This document shows, one piece after another, positions 34,228 through 37,619 of a stretch of 37,619 nt of DNA. Position 1 is the stretch's first letter, and every line of letters starts with the position of its first letter. The stretch is from a virus. Its lineage: Duplodnaviria; Caudoviricetes. A program made the translations under genes and the position numbers. The stretch is from positions 1 through 37,619 of IMG/VR virus record IMGVR_UViG_3300041097_000033. One strand, given 5' to 3'. The notes beneath the pieces were generated by a model. The model made no database searches. It worked only from the letters and a program-made list of their open reading frames with translations, and was not told where the DNA came from.

Positions 34228-35838
34228 TCACTCAAACAGTTCTGGCTGCTCGCCTTTTTTCTTTTCAGTCCTGGCTTTCTTGAAGCTGGCTTGTCCCATT
34301 GTCAGGTCCGGGTAGCGCGGTTCAGCTCCACCCATGAGTTGTTCGATTGTCAGGATCTGGATCTTCGGGAATTCCCCCATGATCTGGCTCTGATAGAAAC
34401 CAGCACTGACTGCTTCCTTCATCATCGGATCGGTGGGTTCGGCAAGTGTGATGAAGAAACCCATCGCTGCGCCTTCGCGCTCGACAGTGTTTTTCAGATC
34501 GGCGATCTGCGTCCGAGTGACGTGTCCACCCTTTACCGAAACAATGATCTTCTTGGCTTCCTTTTTATCGTCCTGGAAGTACAGGATGCCGTCAATACCG
34601 CTGTCGGCTCCCTTCTGACCGCCCTTATAGGGCTGGGCATTGACAAGAGAGCACGCCCAGAACTGGAATTCATATTTGTCCCGTTCAGCCAGATCCCGGG
34701 CGGATGCCAGGTCTTCCGGCTCACCATGAATCCCAAACTTGAGATCCGGGAAAGCTTCATGCATACGGCGCTCTATCAGATGAATGGATAGATGGGTGAT
34801 GTCGATGCCGATCCAGTTACGCCCGAGTTTTTGAGCAGCATGGACCGCAGTGCCACAACCGCAGAAGGGATCGAGAACAAGATCACCGGGATTGCTGGAT
34901 GCCTGGATGATGCGCTCCAGGAGCGCGAGGGGTTTTTGGGTGGGATATCCGAGTTTTTCTGTTGATTGTGCTGACAGAGGCTGTATATCAATAATAACAG
35001 ACTTGATTGGCGTTCCTTTTTGTTCGCTCAAATAACGTTTGAGATATGGTCTTCCGGACTTGCTCCATTCCAATCTATTATCTGCATCGATCGCTACTAG
35101 CTTTTCCCTGACCACTCTCCAACCCCATTTAGGTTTATAACTTTTATATTCATAAGCTAGATTTGGACGTGGCCCCATTGATTCCGTACGAATAATATGA
35201 TCAAGACGGTAGATCCCCCTATCATCTTTTTTATTATAGAAATTATCAATGTACTTTTGGTCATAATCCAAGTAAACATCATTCCAATTAACATTATCTG
35301 ACTTTCCGTAATAGAGTAATGTATCGTGTACAGCTCCCCATTTCTTGGAATCGTTGTGACTGGCTGTTCGTTGCCAAATAATCTCGTTTCTGAAATTTTG
35401 AGCTCCACAAATCGAATCCATCACAATCTTAAGGTAATGGCTTGCTGTGGGGTCGCAATGGAGATAAAGGGACCCGGTTTGTTTCAGGACTCGATGAAGC
35501 TCCAGCAGGCGATTAGCCATCATCACCAGGTAAGCCATCATGTCGCTCTCTTTCAGGAAGCGACGCAGGGATGACATCAACTCAGCCACGTCTGTGTTGG
35601 GTTGCTTGAGAATCTCGCTGTACTCTCGTTCCGCCTGTTCGCCCCAGTGCCAGGTATCTTCGAAGGCGGTGATGGATGCATCCGCCTGTTGCCCCTTGGG
35701 AGTCTTGAAGAGCAGGTTGTAATCGCGCTTGGAGTTGAACGGTGGATCCAGGTAGATCAGATCAACCGTTTCAGCGGCGATGTGCTCGCGCAGGATATGG
35801 AGATTGTCACCGAAGTAGAGGACGGGATGTGTGGTCAT
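34228..35838 (-). CDS. N6A/N4C DNA methyltransferase (beta class) with C-terminal Mrr-like endonuclease-fold domain
   Basis: LYFGDNL, IYLDPPF (motif IV), GYPTQKP, LDPFCGCGT (motif I); C-terminal GADSGIDG..IIVSVKGG. Confidence 0.9.
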   Translation of the reverse strand: MTTHPVLYFGDNLHILREHIAAETVDLIYLDPPFNSKRDYNLLFKTPKGQQADASITAFEDTWHWGEQAEREYSEILKQPNTDVAELMSSLRRFLKESDMMAYLVMMANRLLELHRVLKQTGSLYLHCDPTASHYLKIVMDSICGAQNFRNEIIWQRTASHNDSKKWGAVHDTLLYYGKSDNVNWNDVYLDYDQKYIDNFYNKKDDRGIYRLDHIIRTESMGPRPNLAYEYKSYKPKWGWRVVREKLVAIDADNRLEWSKSGRPYLKRYLSEQKGTPIKSVIIDIQPLSAQSTEKLGYPTQKPLALLERIIQASSNPGDLVLDPFCGCGTAVHAAQKLGRNWIGIDITHLSIHLIERRMHEAFPDLKFGIHGEPEDLASARDLAERDKYEFQFWACSLVNAQPYKGGQKGADSGIDGILYFQDDKKEAKKIIVSVKGGHVTRTQIADLKNTVEREGAAMGFFITLAEPTDPMMKEAVSAGFYQSQIMGEFPKIQILTIEQLMGGAEPRYPDLTMGQASFKKARTEKKKGEQPELFE

Positions 35839-35841
35839 GAT

Positions 35842-36060
35842 TTATCGATCAGCATCAAGCCTTGATATGAATTCTTCGGTTTTTTCAAGGCTTTCTTTTA
35901 ACTTGGAAATATCTTCTTGTTTCCCATACAGACCAGATTGAATTAAATAAATCAGCATTTTGAGATACGTCCGCCTTCTGGTCAAAGCTGCTAACTGAAA
36001 CCGCTTCTTTTCAACATCTTGTGGGTCTCCAGGTGCATCGGAGTGGGATTGGTTTGCCAT
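35842..36060 (-). CDS. Small hypothetical protein upstream of the MTase
   Basis: Directly after a strong -10; stop 3 nt before the MTase ATG. Confidence 0.6.
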   Translation of the reverse strand: MANQSHSDAPGDPQDVEKKRFQLAALTRRRTYLKMLIYLIQSGLYGKQEDISKLKESLEKTEEFISRLDADR

Positions 36061-36069
36061 TTTGTAGCC

Positions 36070-36110
36070 ATTATAACATCCTTGACAATATAGAACAATT
36101 GTACTAAATT
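36070..36110. promoter_or_regulatory. Overlapping divergent promoters with a LexA-like box
   Basis: Minus strand: TTGTTC-17-TATAAT with TG extension. Plus strand: TTGACA(36082)-17-TAAATT(36105). AGAAC-AATT-GTACT at 36092-36105. Confidence 0.7.
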
Positions 36111-36136
36111 AAAGACGCCCCGACCTGGTTCTTTGC

Positions 36137-36182
36137 AAATACCCGACCTTATTCCCAATGAGGAATAAGGTCGGGTATTTTT
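36137..36182. terminator. 19-bp perfect inverted repeat abutting the integrase stop
   Basis: AAATACCCGACCTTATTCC-CAATGA-GGAATAAGGTCGGGTATTT. Confidence 0.85.
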
Positions 36183-37209
36183 AACCCTTTCTCAAGAGCT
36201 CCAGCAGTTCGTTGACCTTGACTTGAAGTTCCGCGGATCGAGCCTGGCCAAGTTGGGCAATCGTCTCCCGGACCTCATTTCCAATCAGATTCCCATAAAT
36301 GCCATCGGTGATCGTCACGCTGGAATGCATCACGTTCTGGCTGATCGCTTTCAGGTCCGCCAGGTCGCGGGCCTGCTTCAACGCGTGCACGACATGACCG
36401 TGGCGCAATTTGTGCGGGGAGAGATAGGGCATCCCGGCGCGCTGACAGAGCAGCGCCAGGTCGTCCCGAAGGACCGAGGCGCGATTTCCGTAGCAGGTTG
36501 GATAGGGGAGCAGGGTTTCGCCCGAACGCGCCACTGAAGGCACCCACAGGGCATCCGGGGCAAACTGTTCGCGCAGCCGGGCATCCCAGGATGCCACGAC
36601 TCCCATCAAGTCCGGGATCTCAAGCAGGTAGGTGACGGCGGCTTTCCCGTTTTTGGTTTGGACGCCTGCCTCGGGGAGTTGACGTATTTCCCGGCGGGCG
36701 ATATCGACACAGGACAGGGGCAGCGTCATGAGGGCACCGTCGCGCATGCCCGACAAAAAGAGCATGGCGATCGCTGCCCGGGTGCGTTGCTCGCGGAGCG
36801 TTTCTGCAGAAACAGCCAGGAGCCGGCGCACATCGTCGAGCGTGTAATAGGTCCGGACCTCGAGGCGGGATTCCAGCCGGTGACCACGCGGAGGCCGCAG
36901 GAGGCTGATCCACTGATCATCAATTTCCCGGTATCGCAGGCGCCACGCGTCGCGGGCAAACCGAAAAAATGACCGGGCGTTGCCAAGGCCTTTCGTCAGG
37001 GACGCCGGCGAGAGGTCCAGCGCGACCAGGTACGCCGGATAGACGGGATCCAGTCTTCGAGCCTGGGGAAATGGAGTGTCGTCCGCCCATTCCAGTGTGT
37101 GACGCAGATGCCCACGGATTCGCTCCACGGTGGAAGGATGGAGCTGCAGCCCGCGCTCGCAATGATGGAGGAAAACCCGGAGATCGAGGTAGTTCTGACG
37201 GTTGATCAT
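36181..37209 (-). CDS. int: Tyrosine recombinase/integrase
   Basis: SGMR, TKNGK, HKLRH, VMHS and TDGIY catalytic residues. AGGAGG RBS and ATGA coupling place the start at 37209 (MINRQNY). Confidence 0.92.
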   Translation of the reverse strand: MINRQNYLDLRVFLHHCERGLQLHPSTVERIRGHLRHTLEWADDTPFPQARRLDPVYPAYLVALDLSPASLTKGLGNARSFFRFARDAWRLRYREIDDQWISLLRPPRGHRLESRLEVRTYYTLDDVRRLLAVSAETLREQRTRAAIAMLFLSGMRDGALMTLPLSCVDIARREIRQLPEAGVQTKNGKAAVTYLLEIPDLMGVVASWDARLREQFAPDALWVPSVARSGETLLPYPTCYGNRASVLRDDLALLCQRAGMPYLSPHKLRHGHVVHALKQARDLADLKAISQNVMHSSVTITDGIYGNLIGNEVRETIAQLGQARSAELQVKVNELLELLRKG

Positions 37210-37619
37210 TCTGACCTCCTCGCGATTCGATTGATGGTCCGACCACAGCGCGGGCAGGCAGCCTGGAGGAGAACTCGTTTGTTTCCCAGGGGGCGGGAGG
37301 TTGAATTTATGATCGGGGCGGGGATCCGGCATTTCAGGCACCAGGCATGGTTCTCGGGAAGGGTCATCTTCCGGTGGCGCCTCGCCCGGAACTGGGACCG
37401 GATCCAGTTCGATGCGGCGGGTCCGTGGATCCAGATGTGTCCGCGCTCATCCTGGGTGTGAGGCAAGCCGTTCTTGATGTAGGTCCTGTAAACGGTGTCG
37501 ATATTGATGCCCAGCTCGTCGGCAATCTCTGCAGGGCGGTAGAGCATGTCGAGCAGGCGTTCCAGCCGGGCGAGTTGAGTGCTTTTTATAAGCGGTTTAC
37601 TGTTGGGACGGGTTGGCAT
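37206..37619 (-). CDS. Excisionase-like HTH fused to a C4 zinc ribbon
   Basis: YRPAEIADELGINIDTVYR..GLP...IWI MerR-like HTH; CLKC..CPRC; coupled to int. Confidence 0.65.
   Translation of the reverse strand: MPTRPNSKPLIKSTQLARLERLLDMLYRPAEIADELGINIDTVYRTYIKNGLPHTQDERGHIWIHGPAASNWIRSQFRARRHRKMTLPENHAWCLKCRIPAPIINSTSRPLGNKRVLLQAACPRCGRTINRIARRSE

Larger units (their letters stand above)
1..37619. mobile_element. Temperate siphovirus-like phage/prophage, apparently near-complete
   Basis: Repressor/divergent early operon, replication initiator, terminase, portal, capsid, non-contractile tail genes, endolysin and tyrosine integrase are all present. No host housekeeping genes seen. Confidence 0.95.

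Noticed and set aside
36111-36126. Small RNA 5' end pairing in trans with the late-leader terminator arms
   Set aside because: Complementarity is short, imperfect and partly upstream of the likely start site.
37210-37341. 44-aa N-terminal extension of the integrase in the ORF track
   Set aside because: It overlaps the upstream gene; AGGAGG and ATGA coupling support the start at 37209.

Overview
This window looks like a near-complete temperate siphovirus genome or prophage of about 37.6 kb. The host is unknown; a Gram-positive-type LexA box fits Chloroflexota, Firmicutes or Actinobacteria (inference). Left to right: (1) a leftward immunity/accessory block with a membrane protein, a DUF3800 gene with its own promoter, structured RNA and terminator, and an XRE repressor; (2) a long rightward early operon with a Cro-position RHH protein, small membrane proteins, a ~300-nt hairpin/tRNA-like non-coding array, ParB, DUF6011 and a replication initiator with an internal ori; (3) late genes: holin, HNH, TerS and TerL, then a ~6.4-kb insert (metallophosphoesterase, repeat-flanked 3-gene moron, GH25 endolysin, DUF115/MptE-like gene), then portal, Clp protease, scaffold, P22-coat-like capsid, head-tail genes, major tail, tail chaperone with a -1 frameshift, tape measure, tail tip and a beta-propeller receptor-binding protein; (4) a leftward DNA methyltransferase operon, tyrosine integrase and xis-like gene. 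The strongest candidates for new biology are the promoter-ncRNA-terminator-DUF3800 unit (type III toxin-antitoxin-like layout), a duplicated attenuator-like leader ahead of both late operons, tRNA-like minihelices in the early operon, a palindromic repeat family that flanks a moron and has expanded in-frame inside the prohead protease, and a LexA-like box over divergent promoters between the MTase operon and the integrase. All family assignments come from motif recognition by eye; no searches were run.
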